The notes below the pieces were generated by a model. That model searched no databases. It was not told the origin of the DNA and saw nothing but the letters and a program-made list of their open reading frames with translations. A stretch of DNA of 64,000 nucleotides, taken from an uncultured delta proteobacterium (GTDB lineage Bacteria > Myxococcota_A > Polyangia > Fen-1088). Both the position numbers and the translations under genes were made by a program. The DNA is taken from NCBI GenBank assembly GCA_963737265.1, contig CAVTRY010000014.1, positions 160,001-224,000 of the forward strand, read 5' to 3'. Of the stretch, positions 51,274-61,664 are shown one piece after another; within the stretch, counting starts at the first letter, position 1; the number at the start of each line of letters is the position of its first letter.

Positions 51274-54200
51274 ATGACGTGTTCTAAGAACTTCGGACGG
51301 TTGCTCCAGGTCGGTTGCCTGGGGCTCATAGGTACGCTGGCTGCGGCCGGCTGCGGAGGGAGCGAAAGTCCCTCCACCAAGACGGATGGTGCCGTCGGTC
51401 TTGACGGCGGCGGTGGGACCGCCGGCACGGCGGCCCTGAAGGTCGACAAGCCAGTCGTAGACATCGGATCGGTTGACCTGGGCCAGAGCGGGACGGCCAC
51501 GGTTGTCGTGACGAACATCGGTACCGCCCCCTCGGGCACGCTCAGTATCGCCGCTGGCGCGGGCGTGACCACCACCGGCTGCACCGGCACTCTTGCCGTG
51601 AGCGCCAACTGCTCATTGATCATCACCGCAACGCCGACCGCAATCGGCTCGTTCAACAGCTCTGTCTCCATCTCGGCCAATCCAGGCGCCGTAACGCCGC
51701 TCCAGATTTCGGTCACCGGTTCGGCGGTTCAGGGCGGTGTCTTCACCGTCACGCCTGCCTCCATCAGTCTTGGTAACGTCCTGGTCGGCGCTGCTGTTGC
51801 CAAGCAAACCCTGAGCATTACTGCCGGCGTGGCCCTAACGGATCTGGCAATTGGCCTCAACGGCGCAGATATCACCAAAGACGCGACGAGCACCTGCACG
51901 GCGAATCTTGGCACGACCACTCCTTGCACCGTGGTGATCGACCTCGCCTACACGTCGGGTGGCGCGAAAACCGACAGCGTCGTCATCAGCGCTGGTGGCG
52001 CGAATGGTGTGACCAAGACGGTGGTCATCACCGCAGTGGCGCAGAATCCCGCCAAGCTCGTGGTCAGCCCCAGCACGCCGCAATCTCTCGCGACCTCGGT
52101 GGGCTCGCCGAGCTCGCCCGTTGTCTTCGGCGTCAGCAACTCGGGCGACCTCGCGACCGGCGCCCTCAAGGTCTCCTTCACTGGTGCCAATGCCGCGGAT
52201 TTCTCCGCGACGTCGAGCGCTGGTTGCACCTTGATTGCTCCTCTTGGGACATCTTGCAGCATCTCCGTGGTCTTTTCCCCGGCAACGGCGAGCACCACGG
52301 CTGAGACCGCGACGTTCGTCGTGACCGACACCGGCACCGGCGCATCCACCGTATCCGTTCCGCTCTCCGGCACGGCCTACGGACCGAGTGTCCTCGCGAT
52401 TACGCCGGCAGCGTCGGATCTCGGCACTGTGCTAGTTGGCGCAACTGGCGTAGTCACCACCTTCACGGTAACCAACAGCGGCGCGACGGCGTCCGGTGCA
52501 TTGACCGTGAATATCACTGGCGATCCGGCGGAGGTTCTCAAGGCTACGGATACGTGCACAGGAGCGTCTCTGGCCGCAGCAGGAACCTGCACGGTCGGCC
52601 TCCAGCTAAAGCCCACAACCGTCGGCGCAAAGAGCGCGATCCTTACGGTTGGCGCAACTGGTGGCAACCCGGCGGTCAAGACCGTCACCGGCACCGCAAT
52701 CTCCAGCGCAACCCTCACGGCCTCGCCGGTTGCGCTCGATTTCGGCACCGTGCGCGTGAACAACGTGGGCACTGCCCAGACAGTTACCGTCACCAACAAG
52801 GGTGGCATCGCGACCGGCGTCCTCACCTTCACCAAGACCGGCGACTTCGGTATGTTCCCGATCGCGGCCAACACCTGCTCGGCAGCCTTGGCCCCGGCCT
52901 CGACCTGCACCTTCACGGTGAACTACGCACCGACGGTCGGAGCGGTCAGTAACGCCGCTACCTACACGGTAACCGACGGTGTAGCCGGAGCCACGGTCTC
53001 TCTGTCTGGTGTTGCCGGCTCACCTTCGACCATCTCCATCGACCCGACGGTTGTCAAGTCCTGCGTGCGCCCAGCCAACGGGCCAGGCGCAGCTGCTGCC
53101 ACCATCTGCTTCAACGACACCGTCATTGGCGGAGCCAGCTCGGCGCAAGCCACCTTCACGGTGACTGCTGACACCACTCTTCCGGCTGGAACCTCCGACA
53201 CCGGCGCGATTGCGGCGAAGCTCATCGGTGCCAACGCCGCTGATTTCGCAGTCGTGACCAACGGCTGCAAGACGGCACTCTTGGCAGGCTCCTCCTGCCA
53301 GATCACGGTGTCCTTCTCCCCGGCGGCGGTTGGCCTTAGTCAGGCCGGCCTGAGCGTGACCACCGCCAATGGCGGCTCCGCCACATCATCCTTCCAGGTC
53401 AACGGCCTCGCGGTGATCCAGATCGTTGCTGGAAACCTTGTCGACACGCCTCCTACCGCCGTCGTGACGGCGCCCAAGGCCGCTGACCTCGACTTCGGCC
53501 AGGTCCCGAACCTCACGGATGGCACGCGTCCGAACAAGTTCTTCACCATCATCGTGCGCGGGCCAACTGCAGCCGCTACACCCTTCCCGACCACGACCAT
53601 CACCGCGACCTTGACCAATCCTGGGACACCTTCGGACTTCGACTATGTCCCAGGTGGCCAGACGACCAACAACCCGTGCATGGGCGCGATCCTCACGCCA
53701 TCCACCCCGGGAACCGTTGGCAACTGGCAGCCGCTCGCCAGCGAGTACGGGATAATGTGCATCTTCGAGGTCGAGTTCTTCCCACAGACTGGAAAGGGCG
53801 CCAAGACGGCGACAATCTCGGCCACGGGTACCGGCGGCGGTTCGGATACCCAAACGCTGACCGGCACTGCGACCGGGCCGTTGACTCTCAGTCCGTCTAC
53901 GACGGCTTTCGCGGATACTTCGGTTGGCACATCCACCAACGATCCCGAAGTTGACGCGGACCTCACGTTCACGCTGACGAACAACGGCCAGTCGACGCAA
54001 GGCCCCTTCACGACGTTGCTCGGTGGGACCGATGCCGGTCAATTCCACATCGTCTCCGAAACGTGCAGCACGTCAAATTCTGGGAGCGCCACCACAATCG
54101 GTACCCTGACTCAGGGGCAGGCCTGCCAAGTCGGCGTTGCGTTCACGCCGACCACCATCGGTGCCAAGAACGGATCTCTGACGGTCACGGCGGCTAGCGG

Positions 54201-56793
54201 CGAAACCGCGACTGCTACCTTCACGGGGAACGGAACCACCGGCGTTTCCATCAGCGTCACCCCCGTCACGCAGGACTTCGGCACGATCATCGAGACCCAG
54301 GCCAGTACGTGGCAGACGATCACCGTGAGCAACCCAGCCGGCGCCCCAACCACCGGCCAGATTACGTACTCGATCGTGTCGACGGCGGGCACTAGCCACG
54401 TGGCCGCATTCACGACGGCGACCGCCAATAGTCCGGCCATCGGCACCTGTGGCCTCTCGGGTACCGTCAGTCTCGCGGCTACCAAGAGTTGCACTATTCT
54501 TGTGCAATTCAACCCGGCGAGCACTGACGCCCCCGGGGCAATCATCGGAACCGGCGACAAGACGGTTCTTCGTGTCGACTCAGGCTCGACCACCGGATCT
54601 CAGGATGTCCCCCTGACCGGAACGGTAGCCAGCATGCTGACTGTCTCTCCAGCGACGCTCAACTTCGGAAACGTAGTAGTCAATGGGGTTAGCGCGGCGC
54701 AATCGTTGAGGGTTAATAACCTCGGGGCCGCAGCCGCAACGCTGAGCTTCGCCAATGTCGGCGCATTCTCGTCGGTGACGGGCACCACGTGCGTGACGAC
54801 GGCTGGCGGCTTGGCCGCTGGCGCATCGTGCGTGGTCGCACTGCAAATGGGCGGTTCTACCACCGTGGGCACGGCGGTTAGCCAGGCCTACAACGTCACC
54901 TACAGTGGGGCGATTGCGACCGCAACACTCACCGGAACCACTGTGAGCGCGGCAAATCTCGTCGCTGTCGGCGTGAATCAAACCACGCCGGGAACGATTG
55001 ACCTCGGCGGCGTCCGCGTTGGATCCACCTCGGGATCTGTGGTGCTCACCTTCCAGAACACCGGTGGCCAGGCGACCACGCCAGTCCAATTTATGTGGGA
55101 CACCACCGCCCCAGGCACTGCGGATCCAGAGTTCCTGCTCGGTGGCGAGACGGGAACCTGCATCGGCAGCTTGGTTCAGCCCGCCAAGACCTGCACCGTG
55201 ACCATCAACTTCAAGCCTGGGGCGACGCTTGGGCTTCGTGGGCCGAAGCTGCTCACCCTCTCGGCTGCCGCTGGTGGCTCGGTCGCACTGTTCAACCTCC
55301 AAGGTACCTCGCTCAGCGCGACGGCAAGCGCTTGGACCACCACCGCGGTGGGCACTATTAACGGGTTCTCGGCTTTGACCGGCACGACACCCACAGGCGG
55401 AACCACCACTCAGGAGCTGCTCTTCACGAATGGATCCGGTGCAAACCTGACGGATTCGGCCGTGGCGATCGCAGGAGGAAACACCTTCAATTCGGAGTTC
55501 ACCGTCGATCTGTCGGACGGTGGCGCTGCAACGAAGTGTGCGGACACCTCTGCGGCAACGACCATCACCCTCGCCAATGGACAAAGCTGCACGATGCTCG
55601 TGTCGTTCAAGCCGGTGGCGGTCTATTCGACGACCAATTTCTACCGCTGGGCTTCCGTCACGATCGCCGGGGCAACCCAAACTGTGTTCGGCACGGTCCA
55701 GTCGCCTGCCAGCTTGACCGCAGCTCCCGCTCCAGTCTCGCCGGCAACGAGCGTGTCGCTCGGCGAGGTGGCCCTCAATTCGACTAAGGCCCTTGCGTTC
55801 GTCGTAACGAACGGTGGTCAAACGGCGACGCAGACGCTGGCGGTTACGTCAAGCGATCCTGCGTACACCGTCGATACTGGCTGCAACGTTGCGCTCGCAG
55901 CAGGGCAGACTTGTACGGTGAACGTCACGGTTCACAGTGGCGGAACCCTGGGGCCAATCCCTGCCGGTGGCCCCGCCACCATCTCCCTGGACGACACCGG
56001 TGCAACGCCCACGGCTGGCACTACCACGGCTACCTTCGACGTAACTGCCACTGGCGTGATTAACGCTGCGCTCAGCCTTCCAGTTGGGCCGGTAACCTTT
56101 GGTACGGTCATTGTTGGAAATAGCACTACGACTGCACCTACCGCCATCACCGTGACGAACGTCGCTCATGGGCAAACGACCGGACCGCTGGCCGTGACGC
56201 TCGATGATGCGGTGAACTTCACCATTACCAACAACTACTGCAAGGACGTCAACGGTGTTGCACTGACCCTTGATGGCAACGGAAACTCCGTTGCTGCGAT
56301 CCCTGCCACATCGACCACGCCAAGCGCTCCTCAGCGAACCAGCAGTACTTGCGAGGTATGGGTGGCGTACAAGCCACAAACCGTCCCGGCCACGGGCGGC
56401 GCAACGGCGCACCTGAGCGTTGCCGGAACGCCAGGTGGAACAGCGACGGTGACCCTGACCGGCACCCCGCAATCCGCGCTGACCTTCGCGTTGGCCGGCA
56501 GTCCACAAACACCGGCGGTAACCGGGACGTCGTTCACGGTGAACATGGCTGACACCACGGCGGGCAAGGCCACAGCGCTTCTCCTGCCGGCCAGCCTTAG
56601 CGGCACCGGGGCAGCTCTCTTCGAGGTTGTCAACGACGGATGCTACGGCGCCTCTTTGCCGGCGGATGGAACGGGCACTTGCACCGTGACCGTTCAGTAC
56701 ATCGGCGGAACAGCGACCGGAACGGCAATGTTGACCGTGTCGGATGGATCGACCGGAAACGGGAATACCGCGACGCTCACTCTGAGCCACTAG
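51274..56793 (+). CDS. Giant surface lipoprotein with ~15 tandem Ig-like (choice-of-anchor D / ASH-like) domains
   Basis: GGAGG RBS before ATG 51274; lipobox LAAAGC; repeated P..(D/N)FG.V.VG...TV.N.G...G.L...C...LA...C.(I/V).V.F.P units; Thr/Gly/Ala/Ser/Val-rich. Confidence 0.88.
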   Translation: MTCSKNFGRLLQVGCLGLIGTLAAAGCGGSESPSTKTDGAVGLDGGGGTAGTAALKVDKPVVDIGSVDLGQSGTATVVVTNIGTAPSGTLSIAAGAGVTTTGCTGTLAVSANCSLIITATPTAIGSFNSSVSISANPGAVTPLQISVTGSAVQGGVFTVTPASISLGNVLVGAAVAKQTLSITAGVALTDLAIGLNGADITKDATSTCTANLGTTTPCTVVIDLAYTSGGAKTDSVVISAGGANGVTKTVVITAVAQNPAKLVVSPSTPQSLATSVGSPSSPVVFGVSNSGDLATGALKVSFTGANAADFSATSSAGCTLIAPLGTSCSISVVFSPATASTTAETATFVVTDTGTGASTVSVPLSGTAYGPSVLAITPAASDLGTVLVGATGVVTTFTVTNSGATASGALTVNITGDPAEVLKATDTCTGASLAAAGTCTVGLQLKPTTVGAKSAILTVGATGGNPAVKTVTGTAISSATLTASPVALDFGTVRVNNVGTAQTVTVTNKGGIATGVLTFTKTGDFGMFPIAANTCSAALAPASTCTFTVNYAPTVGAVSNAATYTVTDGVAGATVSLSGVAGSPSTISIDPTVVKSCVRPANGPGAAAATICFNDTVIGGASSAQATFTVTADTTLPAGTSDTGAIAAKLIGANAADFAVVTNGCKTALLAGSSCQITVSFSPAAVGLSQAGLSVTTANGGSATSSFQVNGLAVIQIVAGNLVDTPPTAVVTAPKAADLDFGQVPNLTDGTRPNKFFTIIVRGPTAAATPFPTTTITATLTNPGTPSDFDYVPGGQTTNNPCMGAILTPSTPGTVGNWQPLASEYGIMCIFEVEFFPQTGKGAKTATISATGTGGGSDTQTLTGTATGPLTLSPSTTAFADTSVGTSTNDPEVDADLTFTLTNNGQSTQGPFTTLLGGTDAGQFHIVSETCSTSNSGSATTIGTLTQGQACQVGVAFTPTTIGAKNGSLTVTAASGETATATFTGNGTTGVSISVTPVTQDFGTIIETQASTWQTITVSNPAGAPTTGQITYSIVSTAGTSHVAAFTTATANSPAIGTCGLSGTVSLAATKSCTILVQFNPASTDAPGAIIGTGDKTVLRVDSGSTTGSQDVPLTGTVASMLTVSPATLNFGNVVVNGVSAAQSLRVNNLGAAAATLSFANVGAFSSVTGTTCVTTAGGLAAGASCVVALQMGGSTTVGTAVSQAYNVTYSGAIATATLTGTTVSAANLVAVGVNQTTPGTIDLGGVRVGSTSGSVVLTFQNTGGQATTPVQFMWDTTAPGTADPEFLLGGETGTCIGSLVQPAKTCTVTINFKPGATLGLRGPKLLTLSAAAGGSVALFNLQGTSLSATASAWTTTAVGTINGFSALTGTTPTGGTTTQELLFTNGSGANLTDSAVAIAGGNTFNSEFTVDLSDGGAATKCADTSAATTITLANGQSCTMLVSFKPVAVYSTTNFYRWASVTIAGATQTVFGTVQSPASLTAAPAPVSPATSVSLGEVALNSTKALAFVVTNGGQTATQTLAVTSSDPAYTVDTGCNVALAAGQTCTVNVTVHSGGTLGPIPAGGPATISLDDTGATPTAGTTTATFDVTATGVINAALSLPVGPVTFGTVIVGNSTTTAPTAITVTNVAHGQTTGPLAVTLDDAVNFTITNNYCKDVNGVALTLDGNGNSVAAIPATSTTPSAPQRTSSTCEVWVAYKPQTVPATGGATAHLSVAGTPGGTATVTLTGTPQSALTFALAGSPQTPAVTGTSFTVNMADTTAGKATALLLPASLSGTGAALFEVVNDGCYGASLPADGTGTCTVTVQYIGGTATGTAMLTVSDGSTGNGNTATLTLSH

Positions 56794-56831
56794 TCGACGA
56801 AACCCTGCCGTGACTGGCAGGTAAGAAGATG

Positions 56832-56865
56832 AACCCCGGTGGTAACCCCATCGGGGTTTTTCTTT
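56832..56865 (+). terminator. Rho-independent terminator
   Basis: Stem AACCCCGGTGG / CCATCGGGGTT (one G-U pair), 5-nt loop, T-rich tail, ~40 nt after the stop codon. Confidence 0.8.
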
Positions 56866-56930
56866 GGTGCGCTTGCAAAGATGCCAATACGAACGACGCT
56901 TTCTAGCGAACGAAACAGACCGGGTTACAA

Positions 56931-59900
56931 TTGAAGGCGATGTCCCGGAAGGGTATGACATTTGGCGGAATGGACGGCGGGGGGCCCAGCCATGCCCGGC
57001 TGATGCTTCTAACAGTTGCGTTGTCCTACCTTGGAGGCTGCAGCAGCGCCGGTAGCGTGGGCGGATCCGGCGACGCCCAGAACAGTTCTCTCGATGCGAC
57101 CGTCATCACCCTCGGCGCCCAGGAGGCGGGCGGACAAACGGACGGCTGTGCGCCGCTTACGCAGCTCGCATGCGCGTCGCAAGGTGGGCGTTACTGCGGA
57201 ACCATCGGCGACAATTGCAACGGAACCCTCGAGTGCGGTGGGTGTCTGAACGGCCAGTCCTGTGTAAACGACATTTGTGGCGGCATCCAGGTGGACTGCG
57301 ATGCGGGCGGGTTGACTACGTGCCAGGTTCCAGGCGGTCAATATTGCGGCAGCATCGGCAACGGGTGCGGTGGGCGGCTTGAATGCGGCGCCTGTCCCGG
57401 CGACGACATCTGCACCGCCAACGTCTGCAAAGGCGGGTCGAGCTGCGTTCCCGTAACCTGCGGTACTGGCGCCGGCAAGTATTGCGGCACGATCGGCGAT
57501 GACTGCGGCGGCAGCCTCGATTGCGCCACTTGCGTCGCCGGCGAGATTTGCCAGAACCACCAGTGTGTGCCGGCGGGCGTCTGCACCCCGCTTACGTGCA
57601 GGCCAACGGGCGGACAGTATTGCGGCGGTGTTCTGGGCGACGGCTGTGGCGGGACCTTGAGTTGCGACGATGACTGCCCAGCGGGCTGGCAGTGCACCAG
57701 CCATCTGTGCCAGGGCGGTTCTTCGTGCGTCGAGGTTGCGTGCGGCACGGGTTCGGGAAAGTACTGTGGCTCGATCGGCGACGGTTGCGGTCGCAGCGAG
57801 GATTGCGGCGCCTGTATCGCAGGCGAGACCTGCCAAAAAGGGCAATGCGCGCCCGTCAATTGTAGCCCACTGACTTGCAATCCCGCCGGCGGTCAGTACT
57901 GCGGAGGCGAGATCGGCGACGGCTGTGGTGGAGAGATTCTCTGTGCTGCCGACTGCCCGGCCGGATGGTCCTGCAACAATCACCTGTGCGTAGGAGGCAG
58001 CAGCTGCGTTCCCCTCACCTGTAGCGCCGGATCTGTCCTCTATTGTGGCCTGATAGGTAACGGCTGCGGCGGCGGCCTCGATTGCGGCACCTGTCCCAGT
58101 GGCGAGGTCTGCACGAACAACCTATGCGTGGCGCAAAACTGCACGCCGGTCACGTGCGCTTCCCCTGGCGGCCAATACTGCGGCGGCACCCTTGGGGACG
58201 GCTGCGGCGGCACCCTCAACTGCAACGCTGCCTGTCCGAATGGTTGGTCCTGCCAAAACCACTTGTGTGTCGGAGGACCAACCTGTGCGCCGGTTGCGTG
58301 CAATTCCCCCGGCGGCCAATACTGCGGCGGGACTCTCGGCGACGGTTGCGGCGGTTCCATCAATTGCAGCGCCGATTGCCCGAGCGGCTGGTCTTGCCAG
58401 GGCAACCAGTGTGTGAGCGGCTCAAGCTGCGCTCCGGTTACTTGCTCGAACCCAGGTGGCGATTACTGCGGTGTCGTGGGGGACGGTTGCGGCCATGCGC
58501 TGGCCTGCGACAGCGATTGCGGCGCAGGCAAGCAGTGCAGCAACCATTTGTGCGTCAGCAGCTCGGCCTGTGTACCGCTGACCTGTGTTGCGTCGACCGG
58601 CGGCCAATATTGTGGCGGCGTCATTGGGGACGGCTGCGGTGGCTCCATCGCCTGTAACGCCGACTGTCCGACCGGCGCCATCTGTCAGGACCACGTGTGC
58701 GTGTGCAGCGGAATCCAGTGCCAGGTCGCAAGGTGCGATGCCGGCACGACCACGGTCGCTGGCAAGGTCTACGACCCGGCCGGCATCAATCCGCTCTACG
58801 GTGCGATGGTCTATATCCCGAACACCACCCTCGATCCGATAGCGCATGGTCCGACCTGCGCCGGGTGCGCGACTCCGTCCGGCCAGCCAATCTCCGCCGC
58901 GCTCTCGGGGACGGACGGCAGCTTTGCCCTCGGCAACGTTCCGAGCGGCAGCAACATTCCGCTGGTCGTCCAGATTGGCAAGTGGCGGCGCCAGGTGAAG
59001 ATCCCGACGGTCAACGCCTGCCAGAACAACGTTCTTACCGACATCAACCTGACCCGCCTGCCTCGCAATCAAACCGACGGCGACGCCGGAACCGTGTCCC
59101 TGCCCACGATTGCGCTCGCCTCGGGCGCAGCCGACAAGCTGCAGTGCCTGCTCTTGCGCATGGGCATCTCGCCCTCGGAGTTCACCAACCCGGGCGGGAC
59201 CGGTGCGATCAGCTTCTACCAGCAGAGCGAAAGTCCCGGAACCTGCGTGGGCTACGATCAGAATTCGATAACCTATCCGATGGCGGACACGAACCTGTGG
59301 GACAGCACCGCTCACCTCGGCCAGTACGACATGGTCATTCTCAATTGCGGCGGAAATCCAGATGCCTACGACCCCACCAACGCCAGCAACGTCATCACGG
59401 ATGCCATGAAGCAAAACATGGTGGCCTACGTGAACGCTGGCGGACGTGTGTTTGCCGAGCACTTTCACTGGGCCTGGATTCGCACCTTCAAGGATGCCAC
59501 GACGACCTATGCGTCGCCATTCACCGACGTGGCCACCTGGATCGATCCCATCAACATCGACACCATCGGCAGTGGACCACGAGCAACCACCATCGACCAG
59601 TCCCTGCCCAAGGGCCAGGCCTTCGCATCCTGGCTCGCCAACGTCGGGGCCTCCTCCACCAAGGGAACTCTCGTCATCTCCCAGGGGGTCAAGTACTCGG
59701 CGGTGGACCAGATTGTTCCCAAGTCGCAGCGCTGGATCTACGAACCCATCGATTACGCCAAGCCGACGGGCGCCGCGCAGTACACACACTACTTCAGCTT
59801 CAATGCCCCCGTGGGCGCGGACCCGACCAGCCAGTGCGGGCGCTTCGTCTATACCGGCCTGCATGTCAGCGATGTCTATCCAGGCTTCACCCCCGATCCG

Positions 59901-60266
59901 GGCAACACCAGCTTCCCGAGCTGCTGTACCACGCAAAGGGGGCTGAGCCCGCAAGAGAAGGCTCTCGAGTTCATGCTGTTCGATCTTTCGTCGTGCATCA
60001 GCAACCCCGCTCTCCCGCCTTCGACCGTCCCGACCCTGCCGCCGCCGGTCGCGCCGCCCGTTGCGCCGCCCTTCGCGGCGCCGCCGGCTGAGCCTCTCCC
60101 CGTTCTGGCCGCGCCGCCGTCCGCGCCACCGCTGCCCGTTTTGGCCGTACCACCGCCCGCACCGCCACCACCCGTTACCGCTTCACCACCGCCCGCGCCG
60201 CCACCCCGCTCGGTGGCGCCGCCGCCGCCGTTGCCGCCCCCGCCAGCGCCGCCGCCGATACCGTGA
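56931..60266 (+). CDS. Cys-rich repeat lipoprotein with C-terminal globular region and poly-Pro tail
   Basis: Lipobox SYLGGC (start uncertain); 11 units of C.P.TC...YCG..GDGCGG...C..C.....C....C; then GKVYDPAG...DGSFALGNVPSG..IPLVVQIGKWRR (carboxypeptidase-regulatory-like), LSPQEKALEFMLFDL, Pro-rich end. Confidence 0.88.
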   Translation: MKAMSRKGMTFGGMDGGGPSHARLMLLTVALSYLGGCSSAGSVGGSGDAQNSSLDATVITLGAQEAGGQTDGCAPLTQLACASQGGRYCGTIGDNCNGTLECGGCLNGQSCVNDICGGIQVDCDAGGLTTCQVPGGQYCGSIGNGCGGRLECGACPGDDICTANVCKGGSSCVPVTCGTGAGKYCGTIGDDCGGSLDCATCVAGEICQNHQCVPAGVCTPLTCRPTGGQYCGGVLGDGCGGTLSCDDDCPAGWQCTSHLCQGGSSCVEVACGTGSGKYCGSIGDGCGRSEDCGACIAGETCQKGQCAPVNCSPLTCNPAGGQYCGGEIGDGCGGEILCAADCPAGWSCNNHLCVGGSSCVPLTCSAGSVLYCGLIGNGCGGGLDCGTCPSGEVCTNNLCVAQNCTPVTCASPGGQYCGGTLGDGCGGTLNCNAACPNGWSCQNHLCVGGPTCAPVACNSPGGQYCGGTLGDGCGGSINCSADCPSGWSCQGNQCVSGSSCAPVTCSNPGGDYCGVVGDGCGHALACDSDCGAGKQCSNHLCVSSSACVPLTCVASTGGQYCGGVIGDGCGGSIACNADCPTGAICQDHVCVCSGIQCQVARCDAGTTTVAGKVYDPAGINPLYGAMVYIPNTTLDPIAHGPTCAGCATPSGQPISAALSGTDGSFALGNVPSGSNIPLVVQIGKWRRQVKIPTVNACQNNVLTDINLTRLPRNQTDGDAGTVSLPTIALASGAADKLQCLLLRMGISPSEFTNPGGTGAISFYQQSESPGTCVGYDQNSITYPMADTNLWDSTAHLGQYDMVILNCGGNPDAYDPTNASNVITDAMKQNMVAYVNAGGRVFAEHFHWAWIRTFKDATTTYASPFTDVATWIDPINIDTIGSGPRATTIDQSLPKGQAFASWLANVGASSTKGTLVISQGVKYSAVDQIVPKSQRWIYEPIDYAKPTGAAQYTHYFSFNAPVGADPTSQCGRFVYTGLHVSDVYPGFTPDPGNTSFPSCCTTQRGLSPQEKALEFMLFDLSSCISNPALPPSTVPTLPPPVAPPVAPPFAAPPAEPLPVLAAPPSAPPLPVLAVPPPAPPPPVTASPPPAPPPRSVAPPPPLPPPPAPPPIP

Positions 60267-60528
60267 AAGGCGCCTTCCATTCGATGGCGCAGCACCCCGC
60301 GCGATCTTTGGAGATGACGCGATGACTGGCAGAAGGTCTCCAGTGTCGCACGGCGCATTCCCCCCCCGGCATAATGCCTGGCAGTATCGAAGCTGGAACC
60401 TGGAGCAGGGCCGGCGGCAAACGATGCAACATTTTGCACGGTTAGGAGCGCGGTTCGAAGAACGCATCGACCCGCGTTCTTCTCAACCACAAATTGCGGC
60501 TGGCTTATCCAAGTGTTCCCAGATGAAG

Positions 60529-60566
60529 GAAATACTCGGCACGCTGTTAGGTGGCTAAGCAAAGAG
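60529..60566 (+). repeat. 38-bp imperfect direct repeat, copy 1 (matches 3' end of abiEii)
   Basis: GAAATACTCGGCACGCTGTTAGGTGGCTAAGCAAAGAG versus 63074-63111: 34/38 identical. Confidence 0.85.
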
Positions 60567-60567
60567 T

Positions 60568-60755
60568 ATCGAGGTCAAGAGCACGCCCCGTTGGAAGACA
60601 GAGTATTCGCGCCCGTTAACCTTCTTGGCGAAGGATCTGTCAGCAAGGCGTTCGGCGTGTACTTCGGGCAGCACGAGCTCAAGGATCGTGGTGTGCATGT
60701 CCTGCCGCTCGCCGCCTTCCTGGCCGCGCTCGCAGGCGGCGACGTCATCGGCTGA
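60568..60755 (+). pseudogene. C-terminal remnant of a DUF4143-type ATPase/nuclease-like gene
   Basis: IEVKSTPRWK in one frame, then AFGVYFG...VHVLPLAAFLAAL..G* in another; no N-terminal part. Confidence 0.5.
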
Positions 60756-60787
60756 CGCTGGTCCGCTTCGGGCGTCGTATTGCGTTC

Positions 60788-61177
60788 CTACAAGCGCAAC
60801 AGCGACAGTTTGGTGTGACGGGCTGCGAGGCGAAAGGTGGCGTCCTCGGACAGGAGGTCGGCGCCGAGGTCGAGCGCGCACTGGGCGACGTGCGCGTCGG
60901 GGGTCGAGATGGCGAGGCCCTTGGTGGCAAGCGAGCTGCGCAATCTGCCCACACGAAACCAGTGCGCCACGTCCGCCTGGCAAAGGGGAAGCGTGAGCAG
61001 GAATCCTTCGAGCTCGCCGCGCGCGCGTTCGGTCATCCGGCCGGATAGAAGCTCGGCCGCTACCACGGGCGGCAGGTACACCGTCCCGTCCTCCAGAGCG
61101 GGCTCGATGATGGCATCGCCGCCCCCGTCGCGGAAGAAGGTGATCCAGGACGAAGTGTCAATGACGAGGGCGCTCAC
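60788..61177 (-). CDS. PIN-domain (VapC-like) toxin
   Basis: VIDTSSWI, VVAAELLSG, STPDAHVAQCA, LLSEDATF carry the PIN acidic residues. Confidence 0.9.
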   Translation of the reverse strand: MSALVIDTSSWITFFRDGGGDAIIEPALEDGTVYLPPVVAAELLSGRMTERARGELEGFLLTLPLCQADVAHWFRVGRLRSSLATKGLAISTPDAHVAQCALDLGADLLSEDATFRLAARHTKLSLLRL

Positions 61178-61379
61178 GCGAGGTCTCGATATCGATGGTC
61201 AGCCGGAGCTTTCCCTTGAGAGCGCGCGCCTTGGCGGCCGCAGCCGAGCGTGCCACCCGTTCCAACCCGGCCACGAGGGTCTCGGTGATGCCCTTGCCGG
61301 TTACCTGACACGCTTCATCAACCAGCTTGACGGGGAGGTTGGCGGTTACCCGCCGTGTTCCCGATGCCGCGTGATTCAT
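61158..61379 (-). CDS. Putative VapB-like antitoxin (ribbon-helix-helix-like)
   Basis: 73 aa, RRVTANLPVKLVDEA...GITETLVAGL; directly upstream of and overlapping the PIN gene. Confidence 0.8.
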   Translation of the reverse strand: MNHAASGTRRVTANLPVKLVDEACQVTGKGITETLVAGLERVARSAAAAKARALKGKLRLTIDIETSRERPRH

Positions 61380-61629
61380 ACCATGATACATACAACCGTA
61401 CGTACAAGCGGTCAAGGCCACGACCGGATGGGGCGCACGTCAGGGATGTGCGACGAGCCCGACCACTCGAAGCGCGTCCGGGGCGGCGGCGCGCTGGCAG
61501 CGCGACGAGGCGGCGCTCGGTGCCCATGGGATCGGCGGCTTTCGAAGCCGATCGCAGCAAGCAGATCACCATTGCGGATGGCACAGCGGCCGGCCTTGGT
61601 CCAGTCGAATCGGGCGAATCGCACAATTG

Positions 61630-61657
61630 TTGCATTAACATATCCAATATGTAATCT
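61630..61657 (+). promoter_or_regulatory. Putative sigma70 promoter with operator inverted repeat for the abiE operon
   Basis: TTGCAT-N16-TAATCT in an AT-rich patch; ACATAT-N3-ATATGT (61638-61652) lies between the boxes; ATG follows 7 nt later. Confidence 0.55.
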
Positions 61658-61664
61658 AAATAGT

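Noticed and set aside
57150-58710. Regularly spaced DNA repeats resembling a CRISPR array
   Set aside because: They are degenerate in-frame coding repeats of a Cys-rich protein; no identical repeats with unique spacers and no cas genes.
60061-60558. Track ORF of 165 aa after the poly-Pro tail
   Set aside because: Its 5' part is an alternative frame of the Pro-rich tail and the rest has no recognisable motif apart from the abiEii-like end.
60481-60566. Integron attC site suggested by GTTAGGT
   Set aside because: No complementary RYYYAAC inverse core or attC-like hairpin was found upstream, and no intI is in the window.
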